A stretch of DNA of 64,000 nucleotides from Candidatus Thorarchaeota archaeon (GCA_011364905.1 RDNZ01000001.1:96001-160000), one strand, 5' to 3'. Shown: positions 10,394 through 20,548, counted from the first letter of the stretch. Translations and numbers: made by a program. Notes: generated by a model from the letters alone, not told the origin.

Positions 10394-12034
10394 TTAATCC
10401 TTGAGAAGTTTCGGTACATACTTCCAAACAACTGCAACCAAGATAGCCACAATGATTGCTTGGCTCAAGAGGCTAGCAATTTGCATCCCTGTGAAGAGCA
10501 TCACTGCCCCATAACCTACAAGGGGAGCAATTCCAACAATCGCCCCCACAGCGGCAGAAACAAGACCCATAGCTTGATCTGATGCCACATTGACAGCGAC
10601 AGCTCGGCCACCACCTCGCATACGAAAGACAGTTCCACCTACTGCCATACCAACTATGTATCCGCAGGGTATCTGAATAATAGGTATCAATAGGATGAGT
10701 GGAGTTATTGGGTTGTTGATTAGAACAATGAGGTCAATTGCGACCATGCTCAAAACATAAGGCACGAGTACGATTGAAGTCTTGCTTTGAAGGACGAGCC
10801 TTGAGCTTATCGGAAGTCCTTCATGTATGGACGCTCCTTGTGTGTCGAACATAAGAATTGATACAAGAGAGATTCCTCCGAATAGATTGGCATATTCAAC
10901 CGCAGCGAGCGTTGTTATGCTGCGTAGAAATCCTGCATCATCTTTCCAATTTTGGATCATTGGAAACAGCATTATGACAAGGAAAATTGGAATAGCAAAA
11001 ACAAATGCGGATCCGATGTTCCTGGTTGCCAATTTTAGGTCTTTTCGAATCATAGCTCTAAGTGGTGTAGTGGAATCGATTGCTATCTCCCGCTCTGAGA
11101 TGATTTGACTTGTAGAAACTCCGCTAATCGTTACTTCTCTAAGTGATTTTCCACTCCTACGATATGCCACGATCGCAATGAGGGTATAGAATCCTGTACC
11201 TATTGTTGAAGTAAGAAGAACACTTGAGGATGTGGGAAAGGCAATTGATGCTGCAAGAAAACCATATGAAAATGGAAAAATCAAAGATAGAATAGAGAAG
11301 GCGGTCTCACCCCAAACAGATGAGAGCTGAGTTATGAATAATATCATGCCAGGAAGATAACTGCTGAGACCATAGACACTGATCATACCGATGACAATAC
11401 CAAGAGAAGCAGCAATCCTAACAAAAGCGGAGCTTCTCGATTCATCTGATGAATGAGATTTCTTGTGGAACCATTTTGATATCCCAATCAATGCCCCTAT
11501 GGCAATCGAAACAGTGCTTGCGCATGCAACAAGAGCAATTAGTGAAACCAAGGGTCCGAATATAATGAGGCTGCCAATTGGAAAAATGGTCAGAGATAGA
11601 ATCACAGGCGCAAAGAAGACCCGAGCGAAAGTCATGAATGAAAGTTGTTCGAGGTCAGCCTTGCTAAGAGGCAAGGTGGCAGGTAGACTCATTACGCCTG
11701 ATGAGATCAATCCAGTTGTTGAGGTGAGATTAAGAAAGAATACAACTACAAAACTGAGTGCCAAATACACAGCAAAACCTACAGCTAAGCGAGGTCCCGG
11801 ATTTCCAAGAGAAACATCGAATGCAGACGCGGCAAGAGCAATTATAGCTATCATCGAAAGTATCATCGATGTCATGATATAGCTAATACGGCTCGATGAC
11901 TTGATTGACCGGGAAATCTTTTCAGGATTCTCCTTAATACGAGCAAGGTTAGATGGATTCATCTCTAAAAAAGCTTGAAATCGGGACTCTCGTGCAACCA
12001 CCCCAGCAAGTTTCCAACACTCTGAGAATTTCAT
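10394..12034 (-). CDS. ABC-2-type exporter permease (archaeal, 12-14 TM)
   Basis: Highly hydrophobic, TLPLS and RKDLKLATR motifs, ATGA overlap with the upstream ATPase. Confidence 0.8.
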   Translation of the reverse strand: MKFSECWKLAGVVARESRFQAFLEMNPSNLARIKENPEKISRSIKSSSRISYIMTSMILSMIAIIALAASAFDVSLGNPGPRLAVGFAVYLALSFVVVFFLNLTSTTGLISSGVMSLPATLPLSKADLEQLSFMTFARVFFAPVILSLTIFPIGSLIIFGPLVSLIALVACASTVSIAIGALIGISKWFHKKSHSSDESRSSAFVRIAASLGIVIGMISVYGLSSYLPGMILFITQLSSVWGETAFSILSLIFPFSYGFLAASIAFPTSSSVLLTSTIGTGFYTLIAIVAYRRSGKSLREVTISGVSTSQIISEREIAIDSTTPLRAMIRKDLKLATRNIGSAFVFAIPIFLVIMLFPMIQNWKDDAGFLRSITTLAAVEYANLFGGISLVSILMFDTQGASIHEGLPISSRLVLQSKTSIVLVPYVLSMVAIDLIVLINNPITPLILLIPIIQIPCGYIVGMAVGGTVFRMRGGGRAVAVNVASDQAMGLVSAAVGAIVGIAPLVGYGAVMLFTGMQIASLLSQAIIVAILVAVVWKYVPKLLKD

Positions 12035-12810
12035 TCAGCGAGTGCCTCCCTAATGACAGACACTCCTTCTTCAACTTCTTCCTCTTGTTCTGTTAGTTTT
12101 AGGAAAAGACTCTCAAGTGTTGCACCATCTTTGTGAGCTCTTGAACGAAGCTCGTCTAAAGTTCCTTCTGCAATCAAAAGACCCTCATCAATTATTCCAA
12201 CACGGTCACAGAGACCTTGGGCCACCTCCATAACATGCGTGCTGAGTAAGACTGATCCCCCATTTTCCGCATGAATCCTGACGATATCCTTCATGATTTT
12301 GGCTGAACGAACGTCCAATCCCGAGAAGGGTTCATCGAGTATCAGTAGTTTAGGTGCATGCAGTAAGGCGGCAATAAGCATCGTTTTCTGCTTGTTTCCC
12401 TGTGAAAGCGTCACAATCATCTTGTCATAGTGCTGGCTAAAATCAAGGGCCTTGGCGAACTCCTTTGCTCTCTTACTGGCTTTATCCGAAGGTAGTTGCC
12501 GTATTGAGGCAACAAAATCAAAAAGCTCACGAGGTGTTAATGAGTCGTACAACTGCTGCTCCTCAGGTACATATCCAACCATGCGTTTTACCTCTACAGG
12601 ATTATCCGTAGAGTCGATTCCAAACACGGTAGCAAGGCCAGAATCGGGATCCAGGAGACCCATGATCATTTTGATCGTTGTAGACTTTCCAGCCCCATTA
12701 GGTCCAAGCAGACCATAAATCTCGCCCTCGCGAACATCAAGTGAGAGCTCACTGACTGCAATCAGATCCCCAAAGGTCTTCACTAGATGCTCCAATTTAA
12801 CCGCAGACAT
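12031..12810 (-). CDS. ABC transporter ATP-binding protein
   Basis: GPNGAGKST, LSQGNKQK signature, LILDEP, H-loop. Confidence 0.95.
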   Translation of the reverse strand: MSAVKLEHLVKTFGDLIAVSELSLDVREGEIYGLLGPNGAGKSTTIKMIMGLLDPDSGLATVFGIDSTDNPVEVKRMVGYVPEEQQLYDSLTPRELFDFVASIRQLPSDKASKRAKEFAKALDFSQHYDKMIVTLSQGNKQKTMLIAALLHAPKLLILDEPFSGLDVRSAKIMKDIVRIHAENGGSVLLSTHVMEVAQGLCDRVGIIDEGLLIAEGTLDELRSRAHKDGATLESLFLKLTEQEEEVEEGVSVIREALAE

Positions 12811-12857
12811 TTTTTTCTTCAAACTCCATTCTTATGCTAAAGAGACTCTCAGATGCG

Positions 12858-12876
12858 TATTCTCTTCGGGAGAATA
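12858..12876. promoter_or_regulatory. 7-5-7 inverted repeat next to the TATA box of the ABC exporter operon
   Basis: TATTCTC-TTCGG-GAGAATA adjacent to ATATATAA. Confidence 0.4.
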
Positions 12877-12909
12877 TATAATGTTTAATAACTACGCGAG
12901 AAATCATAA

Positions 12910-13362
12910 TCAAAGGCCCTCCAATTCGTCTTGCTCGTAGCTATCGCCTCTTAGTTTCACTCTCCTTTTGACAAAGGTCCAGTAGCTGTAGAATACAATC
13001 CATCCAATTGACGGGATTGCTGCAAGGAGAAAGAACGCAGGCGCAGCAAAAAAGAAGTAGATGGTAATCAAACTCAGCATAAGTACATTGATCACCCAAG
13101 CTCTTCGTTGCCAACCGTAATTTGATACGACAGCCACTGCACGAAGAGCAGCAAAGCCTCTCGCATTCAAAGTGTAAAGCCCGTCCTTGTCGGTGGTCAC
13201 AACGGCTTGCATCTTCTTGAGATGAAAATCTAGGAGACCGTTACTTTTGATTCTCAAGGTCCGTTTCAGATCTGCAAACCTGAGAGGCTTATTTGCTAGT
13301 TCTTTCAAGATAGCGATTCTCATTGGATGCGAGATTGCTTCGAATACTTCATCCGAGGTCAT
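12910..13362 (-). CDS. ArsR-like winged-helix regulator with two C-terminal TM helices
   Basis: FEAISHPMRIAILK..L...LRFADLK...LDFHLKK followed by two hydrophobic helices. Confidence 0.85.
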   Translation of the reverse strand: MTSDEVFEAISHPMRIAILKELANKPLRFADLKRTLRIKSNGLLDFHLKKMQAVVTTDKDGLYTLNARGFAALRAVAVVSNYGWQRRAWVINVLMLSLITIYFFFAAPAFFLLAAIPSIGWIVFYSYWTFVKRRVKLRGDSYEQDELEGL

Positions 13363-13406
13363 TTTTCTTCACTCAAAACATGGGCATGATTTGATATAAT
13401 CCTACG

Positions 13407-13430
13407 GTCATTGACTGCCCAGTCAATGAC
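13407..13430. promoter_or_regulatory. Perfect 11-2-11 palindrome, putative operator
   Basis: GTCATTGACTG-CC-CAGTCAATGAC, just upstream of the TATA box (GATATAAT) of the 13362 regulator. Confidence 0.7.
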
Positions 13431-13687
13431 TGTTGACTATCTATTTGAGGACAATTATCTCATTTTCACAGGTTTTTAGATAATAGTGTGTTTGTCAGGA
13501 TGTTTCTATTGAAACCTGATGATGTATGTACCCTTCACTCACGGGTCGGGACCACTTTCTTATATCGCGAGAAACCTCAAGCTGACATCAGGCCGTACTT
13601 TCCCTTAATGCTGACCGACGGCATCTGGTTATCAGAAATGTTGACATACAAATTAAATACTGGAGGAGATTCCGAGCATTGGGAGAT

Positions 13688-14028
13688 GTGTTGGCAATAC
13701 GTTCTGCTGTACTCATGCTTGTCTTAATGTCGGTCGTGATTGTACCTTCCATTCATACTGCTGAAACTTTTGACTTCAGTGATTCTGAGTGGGGGTTTGA
13801 GGAGGGGAGCAAGTTCAATTACACTCTAAGAATGAGGATGCCACTCTTTGACATTGACATTTTGGAAAAAGTCACAGTAATAATAGAGTACGCGCCATCG
13901 CCACTCACAACAATTTCTTCTACCAGCTGCGAGCTGTAGGAGAAACCATCCTTACCATTACTGGCATAGCATACTTCGCACTTGCATTGCGAACAGGACA
14001 GGTAACTTGGTCCAAGGCGTCAGAGTAG
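13688..14028 (+). pseudogene. Internally deleted, frameshifted surface-protein remnant
   Basis: Signal peptide plus EWGFEEGSKFNY N-terminus stops at 13939. The -1 frame encodes a TM anchor (TILTITGIAYFALALR...SKASE*) ending at 14028. Confidence 0.55.
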
Positions 14029-14076
14029 TTCGAGGGAGATTGACTCGTCAAAATGTGACGAGAGATGGAAAATAAG

Positions 14077-14103
14077 AAGAGAAGAGAATGATTCTCTTCT
14101 CTT
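14077..14103 (-). terminator. 13-1-13 inverted repeat downstream of the 14120 gene
   Basis: AAGAGAAGAGAAT-G-ATTCTCTTCTCTT between convergent genes. Confidence 0.55.
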
Positions 14104-14119
14104 TCAGTTATTCTGAAAA

Positions 14120-15178
14120 CTACCTTCGCTTTACGACGAAGGCGATGCCAATAACGACGACAGCTCCACCAATGGCAACGGGCAGAAGATTGTCAGCTAG
14201 GAATGTAGGAAGTTGGAATCCTCCAGTAAGAAGAAGGTTCTCAAAACCAATCTTGGGATCATGGATGATTTCGTTGCCCTGTGGATAGTTCAAGTAAATG
14301 TCCTGTTCAGTAGCTGATATCTCATGAATGCTGGAGTTAACTTGATGAGATACACCGTCAATCATAGCTGTGTCTTTCCAAGAGAAGAATCCATTCACAT
14401 CAGTCACAGAAACGTCGACTGCAGACTCACCAACCGCTCGACCATCCTCTTCATCTTCTGTTACGCCATCATAGGAGGCTTCCGATTCTGAACTGAATTC
14501 GACTTTCAAAGCCAGCTGAGATGCGCTCTCAGTGAAGTTGAAACCACGAATCGCGACATCAATCTTCACTTGAGTAGGTGCGATTAATGATCCGTTGATA
14601 TCAGTGAATGCTCCGGCTGCGTAGATCTTGGCTTCAAACACACCATCAGTTGTCACTACATCGAAAACGTGAACTGGTCCATCAGCTGTGTTCTCCACCG
14701 TGTAGGCGATAGGATTGAAGCTGTTGAGCAGCAAGGTTTGGACTCCTGTATCAACATTGTCATCGTAGACACCATTGCCGTTCACATCGAGATATTCAAT
14801 GAGCTCTTTGAAATTCACCTCGAACTCGCGTCCGGTTTCATTGACGCCAGTTTCTGTTTCGAAGCCCACTTTGAATTGAACGCCATCGGATCCTACAACG
14901 ACTTCGATCTTGAAGGAATCTTCAGTGCCTCCGGATTCGAGTTGGGACTCTATCTCCGCGGAGAATGCCATGACATTGACATTGACCTCTCGATTGTTGG
15001 AATCATCCCCACTGCCATCATCACCTGCAGTGTGGGTGTTATCATCAGTAGTTGTGTTGTCATCCACCTGAGTGTTTTCATCTTCTGTGGTGGTCTGAGC
15101 TTTGACCCTCACAGCTGTTGTTAGCACTAAAATGAGCAACATCACAAGGATAGCTTTGTTGCGAGTAGGGTGTTTCAT
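14120..15178 (-). CDS. Acidic secreted, membrane-anchored beta-rich surface protein
   Basis: Signal peptide, D/T-rich low-complexity linker, VKIDV and IIHDPKIG motifs, C-terminal TM plus KRR; TATATAA ~30 nt upstream. Confidence 0.8.
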   Translation of the reverse strand: MKHPTRNKAILVMLLILVLTTAVRVKAQTTTEDENTQVDDNTTTDDNTHTAGDDGSGDDSNNREVNVNVMAFSAEIESQLESGGTEDSFKIEVVVGSDGVQFKVGFETETGVNETGREFEVNFKELIEYLDVNGNGVYDDNVDTGVQTLLLNSFNPIAYTVENTADGPVHVFDVVTTDGVFEAKIYAAGAFTDINGSLIAPTQVKIDVAIRGFNFTESASQLALKVEFSSESEASYDGVTEDEEDGRAVGESAVDVSVTDVNGFFSWKDTAMIDGVSHQVNSSIHEISATEQDIYLNYPQGNEIIHDPKIGFENLLLTGGFQLPTFLADNLLPVAIGGAVVVIGIAFVVKRR

Positions 15179-15353
15179 TGTTTAATCACTGAAACAACAG
15201 CCAAGAGTTTGTATATAACCAATGTTAAGGAACTTTCAATACTGGAAGAAAAAAAGAGGCCTCATAACCCTTATTTTCCTCTTTAAACCTTCACAACGCT
15301 TCGAAACCATTCTTTGCAAGTTCTTTCACAGGACCAAAGAAAGGCAAAGAGAA

Positions 15354-16547
15354 TCATCCAATGATGAGACTCTCTAGGTCTCGCGGATACTTTGTCAACA
15401 CCTCAATGCCATCATTAGTCACTACGAAACTATCGCTATGTCTGAACCCTCCGAGACCCTTTTCATAAACGCCTGGTTCGCACGAGAATATCATTCCTGG
15501 TCTAAGAACATCCTCATACCCCCTGTCCAAGAAAGGCCGTTCATGGCCTTCCATTCCAAGTCCGTGTCCAGAATGATGCCTTACAAGATGAATGACGCCA
15601 TGGTTCTTGAAAGCTTGTCTTGCAGCCTGATCTACATCTGAACAGTATACACCAGGACCTGCAGCCTCAAGAGCAGCATCCTGTGCGGCTAACATCGCTT
15701 CGAATAGTTCTTTCTGCCTTTCATTGGGCGAGCCCATGAACATAGTACGCTCCAATTCCGCTTGGATGCCATACACATCTGAAGATGCACCTGTGACTAG
15801 TGTATCACCTTTCTTGAAGACAAGTCCTCGAGAGAGTGCATGTGGGAAGTACGAGTTAGGTCCGACTTGCCCACGATACAGTGCAATGGCTGGAAACATA
15901 GTGAATCCTGTTGGATGATACTCATCTCCAAGCTCTGTCACCATGTCCTTAGAACCTTGCATACTGGCTCTAATTGTCACATCAATCTCGTTAACCCCAA
16001 CCTCTGTATATTCTTGGAGATACTTATGTGCTCTATCAGCCCATTTGGCAGACTCGCGCATCAGCTGTATTTCCTCAGGCTCTTTGATTACACGCATGTC
16101 CATTATGATATCAGGCAGTAGTTTGAACCTGAGACCTGTCACCTCTTCAAGTGACGGCCCTTTGTACCCCCACATTCCTGGGGCTCCAGGAGCTTCGGAA
16201 GCAACTCGATTGGGAGATAATTCGAGTTCATTCTTCAGAATTGCCGCTAGATGGTACATTGGATGTTTTTCATCAGGATATTCGAAGTATGAAAACACTT
16301 GAGAAACAAAGGGAACCTGATGCTGAACATTGTCTATCTCAAGTGAGGGGACAAAGAAATTCACATCTCCCTTATGAAGAATCAAGATAATTGGTCTCTC
16401 AGTAGGGATAAACGATAGTCCAGTGAGGTAAAAGATGTTCTTTGAGTTGAAAATCATGAAAGTCTCGACATCTTGTTTTTCAAGTTCTATGCACAACTTC
16501 TCGGTTCGCTTTTTGTGATGAGCTGGAGGTAGATGTGTAAGTGCCAT
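15354..16547 (-). CDS. Xaa-Pro aminopeptidase / prolidase, M24 family
   Basis: RVIKEPEEI, ELERT, HHSGHGLGMEGHE, EPGVY, GFRHSD; start moved to MALTHL (16547). Confidence 0.92.
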   Translation of the reverse strand: MALTHLPPAHHKKRTEKLCIELEKQDVETFMIFNSKNIFYLTGLSFIPTERPIILILHKGDVNFFVPSLEIDNVQHQVPFVSQVFSYFEYPDEKHPMYHLAAILKNELELSPNRVASEAPGAPGMWGYKGPSLEEVTGLRFKLLPDIIMDMRVIKEPEEIQLMRESAKWADRAHKYLQEYTEVGVNEIDVTIRASMQGSKDMVTELGDEYHPTGFTMFPAIALYRGQVGPNSYFPHALSRGLVFKKGDTLVTGASSDVYGIQAELERTMFMGSPNERQKELFEAMLAAQDAALEAAGPGVYCSDVDQAARQAFKNHGVIHLVRHHSGHGLGMEGHERPFLDRGYEDVLRPGMIFSCEPGVYEKGLGGFRHSDSFVVTNDGIEVLTKYPRDLESLIIG

Positions 16548-16629
16548 CTTTTGCGCACACTCTAGTGTATTATCAGTAAGTTCAACGCAATAAGGATTCC
16601 CAAAGAGTGGAGATTCTGCAATCCCAGAA

Positions 16630-18870
16630 TCAGTTGCTTTTAGAAAGCAATCTAATGGTGAACAGACGCCCCTCACAGACGTCCGTGCGTGCGTAAGTTT
16701 CCTTACTGAATTGTCCATTCAACGATTCAGTCATCAATTCTGCAGCAAGCAGGCCTAGTGTTCCGCTACTGTAGCCATCCTGTTCATCTGCCCTTCGACC
16801 AGGAGCTTTGATGTCGATTTCCCAGTAACTCTGACCAGAGTATTCAGCTTCATGAATAGCTATCCTAACGGTTTCGCCCCTCTTTCTGCACTCCAGTGCA
16901 CTATAGAGAATGTTAAGAAAGATATGCACAAGGAGATCATTTGCCATCACATAAGCATCGTATTCCTCTGATTGGAATTCCACAATGAGCTCGCCAGAGC
17001 CTATTCGCCTAGTGAAGATATCTAGCGCGCTCACTATTGTATCCACTAGGTTTGTTGGTTGCAGTTCGCTGAGTTTCAGATTATCAGCTTCACTAAGAAG
17101 TCGTACATTACTAATTAATTGCTCAGAGAATGAGATGACCTGACGTCCGTCTTCAGCAAGACGTTTCCGCTTTTCATTTGTCAAATCATTGGACCCAAGG
17201 AGTTCCAAAGACATCATCATCATCTGATTGTAATTTGACACATCGTGCATGAGGAGGTCTGCATACATGTTAGCGCGTCTGTGCGAATCCTCAACCTGAT
17301 GCATGGATCTGACATATAGCCAAATCAATAGAGGCGGCCCAGCAAGAAGCCCGACAAATAGGAGCACCTCTGAGATCCACCATCCGGGTGTCCATGCAAC
17401 ATAATACCCTTTGAGGGTGTTCGGGAGAATCCACATGTTCAAGAAGAATAGCACATACAGCTCCACCGGCGGTTTGCCTTTCGACCCTTCAGCAAGCATG
17501 AAGATGATGTATGCAAAAGCGAACATGATGAACAAGTTTGACCCAACTATTACTATGCTGCTCAATGGGCTCGTGCCTATTGAGGGCCATATCCCTATGG
17601 CAACTTGATTCACTATTTCTCCGAGTTCAATTGCTCCAACAAGACCAAGAATAACGAGAAGCAGCTGGATTGCTGAAGGAACCTTTTCTAGCTTGATTGG
17701 AGGTGTCCTTGTCCACCGGATAGTCAAGTAAAGAAGACCAATTGTGAGCAGACTTCCGACTGTGATTGGAGTGACGGGTTCTCCTTGCAAGGATTCGGAA
17801 AGGAGAAAACGGACCACAAGTGCTATTGCCACACCAGCCCACATGCCGAATAGAAGTATCAATGGATAATGATTCCAGTTTTCCTTTCTCTTCGGATAGA
17901 CATAGAGAAGAATTGCCATCATTATTGATAATGATGCAGCGCCAAGGTGAATGATGGAGTACGCCAGAAGATTCTCAAGCGGAGGGGGAGAAGTGAGAGA
18001 CATCTTTTCGATTGTGATGGTCAAAAGAAACGGGAGGTATGCAATCAGAATTAAGCCTATGACAATACCATAAGCGAATTTCCGGTTGTAACCTTGCTGG
18101 CGCAAGAAGGGTACACCCATAGCCAATGCTAGAAGCACATATGCAGCCATTTGCAATGTTTCTGGATATTCCCAGTTTGCTGTGGGATCGGGAAGAGTTG
18201 ATAGGAGCAAAGCTGCAGCGATGGAGAACAACAAGACAGAACTGATAAGATAGCCGGAGTCAAGTTGAAAACCATACTTCTTGATTTTGGGGATCATGAG
18301 TGCTATCAACAAAAAGCAGACGACGCTAATGCTGCAAAGTACCCAGCTCATGTCATTCAATAGCGTTGGAGTTATGAAATCCACAACGAGTAACGAAATC
18401 AAACCATAGACAATCAATGGTAGTAAGACGATTATGATTATGATTAGGCGGTTTGGAATTGCTTGCCTCCTTTGAGGGTCATCTTTAATGATGAATACGC
18501 AAGCAGCCATTAGAAGAACTGCCAGCATGGACAACTCCAAGAGGTCGGTGATCAATAGCGATGGTTCTCGCTGAACAGTTTCACCCGGTTCAAGGAGTAA
18601 ATGCCTCAGTGCGCTGCCTATATGAACAATCATTGGAAAAAGCAACGCTGTCATCAGGAGCATGTTTGGTCGATTCAGTTTCTCTTGATAGGCAAGTACG
18701 CTTAACGCTGCAGGTATCGCAATCCAGAATGCAATCATAGCATGGACACCAATTCTTGTGGCAGGTGTGTACGAAACGAAATTGCCCGGCCCAATAACAA
18801 ACGCGGCAGCTAAAGTCGCGAGAGGGACTAAGACTATGACTTTGACCAATGCTCGTCTTAATCCTCTCAC
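16630..18870 (-). CDS. Large polytopic membrane sensor with HisKA and a degenerate HATPase domain
   Basis: About 15 TM helices; LLMHDVSNYNQ H-box; N-box reads IFLNILYSA; no DxGxG G1 box. Confidence 0.8.
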   Translation of the reverse strand: MRGLRRALVKVIVLVPLATLAAAFVIGPGNFVSYTPATRIGVHAMIAFWIAIPAALSVLAYQEKLNRPNMLLMTALLFPMIVHIGSALRHLLLEPGETVQREPSLLITDLLELSMLAVLLMAACVFIIKDDPQRRQAIPNRLIIIIIVLLPLIVYGLISLLVVDFITPTLLNDMSWVLCSISVVCFLLIALMIPKIKKYGFQLDSGYLISSVLLFSIAAALLLSTLPDPTANWEYPETLQMAAYVLLALAMGVPFLRQQGYNRKFAYGIVIGLILIAYLPFLLTITIEKMSLTSPPPLENLLAYSIIHLGAASLSIMMAILLYVYPKRKENWNHYPLILLFGMWAGVAIALVVRFLLSESLQGEPVTPITVGSLLTIGLLYLTIRWTRTPPIKLEKVPSAIQLLLVILGLVGAIELGEIVNQVAIGIWPSIGTSPLSSIVIVGSNLFIMFAFAYIIFMLAEGSKGKPPVELYVLFFLNMWILPNTLKGYYVAWTPGWWISEVLLFVGLLAGPPLLIWLYVRSMHQVEDSHRRANMYADLLMHDVSNYNQMMMMSLELLGSNDLTNEKRKRLAEDGRQVISFSEQLISNVRLLSEADNLKLSELQPTNLVDTIVSALDIFTRRIGSGELIVEFQSEEYDAYVMANDLLVHIFLNILYSALECRKRGETVRIAIHEAEYSGQSYWEIDIKAPGRRADEQDGYSSGTLGLLAAELMTESLNGQFSKETYARTDVCEGRLFTIRLLSKSN

Positions 18871-19020
18871 TTTCTAATCTCCTGAAGATGCAAACGATAT
18901 CTTTGAACGTGAAAAGCCTTTCTTGCGCAAAGCCGAGGAAAAAAAGTCGAATTCTTGCGCTGAACAAAGAGCTATATAATCAATTCATCGAAGATATCAT
19001 ATCGTGTGGTGAAATTATCG

Positions 19021-19374
19021 ATGGAAAAGTTTCAGCGAACGGAAGCGATTCCGGAGCAATTGCGGTATGCTATGGTGCCAAAGCCGCTCCTGAAACGCTT
19101 CATCATTGGAAGGTCAATCCGGTGTGCTATATGCATAGCACTGGCGGGTTTAATGTTAGTGCCCCTCACTGTTTTACCTGGACTGATTCTCTTTGTGCTG
19201 CCAGCAGAGGTCACAGTAGTCTCCAAGATCCGCGATGAAACGGAGCTTATTCGATGGGTGAGATGCAATATGGTCTCTGGGGAATGTAACTGGGATGATG
19301 CAGAGTCTGAAACCGAATTGGCTCGAATCAGAGCTCATGACAGACCCAGTGTAACGCAGGGTTTTGCTCGATAA
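19021..19374 (+). CDS. Small membrane protein, paralog of 20549..20902
   Basis: TATATAA plus GTGGTGA RBS before ATG 19021; hydrophobic segment then KIRDETELI...W..AE...ELARIRA...FAR. Confidence 0.7.
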   Translation: MEKFQRTEAIPEQLRYAMVPKPLLKRFIIGRSIRCAICIALAGLMLVPLTVLPGLILFVLPAEVTVVSKIRDETELIRWVRCNMVSGECNWDDAESETELARIRAHDRPSVTQGFAR

Positions 19375-19391
19375 ACACGGTTGGTTGTTAG

Positions 19392-19419
19392 GGCACGGGG
19401 GTCCAGCTACTCTCGTGCC
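19392..19419 (+). terminator. 11-bp RNA hairpin 3' of the small gene
   Basis: GGCACGGGGGT / ACTCTCGTGCC, two G-U pairs on the + strand. Confidence 0.6.
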
Positions 19420-19467
19420 GCCTTTGTCTAGGGGTTCGTCTTGGCTTACCTGTAATTTGATTGGCCG

Positions 19468-20358
19468 CTAAGAAAGGTAATCAATAAAGTCGAAAATTCG
19501 AAGAGCAATTTGACACTCATCACTTCCGGCTTGTGCGGCATCGGCAACGGTAATTTTACTATCGGATGAGAAGGCATTCTTCACAACTGGATGATTAGCA
19601 AAATCGCGAATCTTCTCTCCTCTCAAGTTCCGTTTCAAGCATTTCATCAGAGCTTTTTGGGAATAAGAGTCCCACGGATTCACTGTCAATGCCCACGAGA
19701 ATGAGTCGATTGCGGATTCGTAATTATCGTTCATCTCAAAAGCTATACCGTAACTACTCCAAGCATCGACTTCTTTCTCTTTGCGGAAACGTGGTTTCTT
19801 CCTCTGCTGAACATCAGTTTCATAATAATAGACTTGAAGTTCAAATTGATCTCCAAGTGCTTTCTGAAGCAACGCCTTAAGAGGACCCAAATAGGGATGA
19901 ATTGGTGCGATAAGAGCCTGAAGACTTTCAGTACGATTGACTTTGATATCGAGTTCATTTGGGATTTGCAGTCTAATTCTGTTTCGACCGAGGTTGATCC
20001 ATCCAACTTGTCCTGTAGGAGATTCGAATGTGATGCCCATTGCTGGATTGTACCTAAGTCTTGTAACATGCCCGGTTCTAAATGACATAGTCCATTTTGC
20101 TTCACCTTGCTCTACGGCAACATGGACTTCTGGATAGGAACATCGCTCATCTAGGGACATCGCCTCTTTGTGAGCCTTGGAAGCTTTCTTAGCATCATCA
20201 TTAAGCAAGTAAATGTCACCCATGAACATCATAGGGAGAGGATTGTTCGGTTCACGGTCTGAGAGTTCTTCGAATACCTCGAATGCATCATAGATGTCAC
20301 CGCGTCCCAGAAAAGCAAATCCATCATCTAAGGTTGGCTTCCCCAAATCATAACGCAC
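19468..20358 (-). CDS. TPR-containing protein
   Basis: TPR units (GDIYDAFEVFEE...P...MGDIY; AWSSYGIA...NYESAIDSFSWAL..NP) flanking a beta-rich insert. Confidence 0.75.
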   Translation of the reverse strand: MRYDLGKPTLDDGFAFLGRGDIYDAFEVFEELSDREPNNPLPMMFMGDIYLLNDDAKKASKAHKEAMSLDERCSYPEVHVAVEQGEAKWTMSFRTGHVTRLRYNPAMGITFESPTGQVGWINLGRNRIRLQIPNELDIKVNRTESLQALIAPIHPYLGPLKALLQKALGDQFELQVYYYETDVQQRKKPRFRKEKEVDAWSSYGIAFEMNDNYESAIDSFSWALTVNPWDSYSQKALMKCLKRNLRGEKIRDFANHPVVKNAFSSDSKITVADAAQAGSDECQIALRIFDFIDYLS

Positions 20359-20454
20359 CCCAGTAAGGACTGGCGACTCTTGTGATATAAATTATAGGAA
20401 TCTCTTTTTCTGTCTCATGCCGTTTCCGTCTAACGTTTGGCGCTGGTCAAAGAA

Positions 20455-20519
20455 TTTATATATGTTTGTGGCACTGGAACGATAGGTAAAAACGCATCGT
20501 TCCGGAATAACGGAACGAT
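20455..20519 (+). promoter_or_regulatory. TATA box plus three GGAACGAT operator half-sites (9-6-9 palindrome and one extra half-site)
   Basis: TTTATATA 20455; GGAACGATA 20476; ATCGTTCCG-GAATAA-CGGAACGAT 20496-20519. Confidence 0.7.
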
Positions 20520-20548
20520 AAGTTCGGTATTCGCGTGGTGCTTACAAA

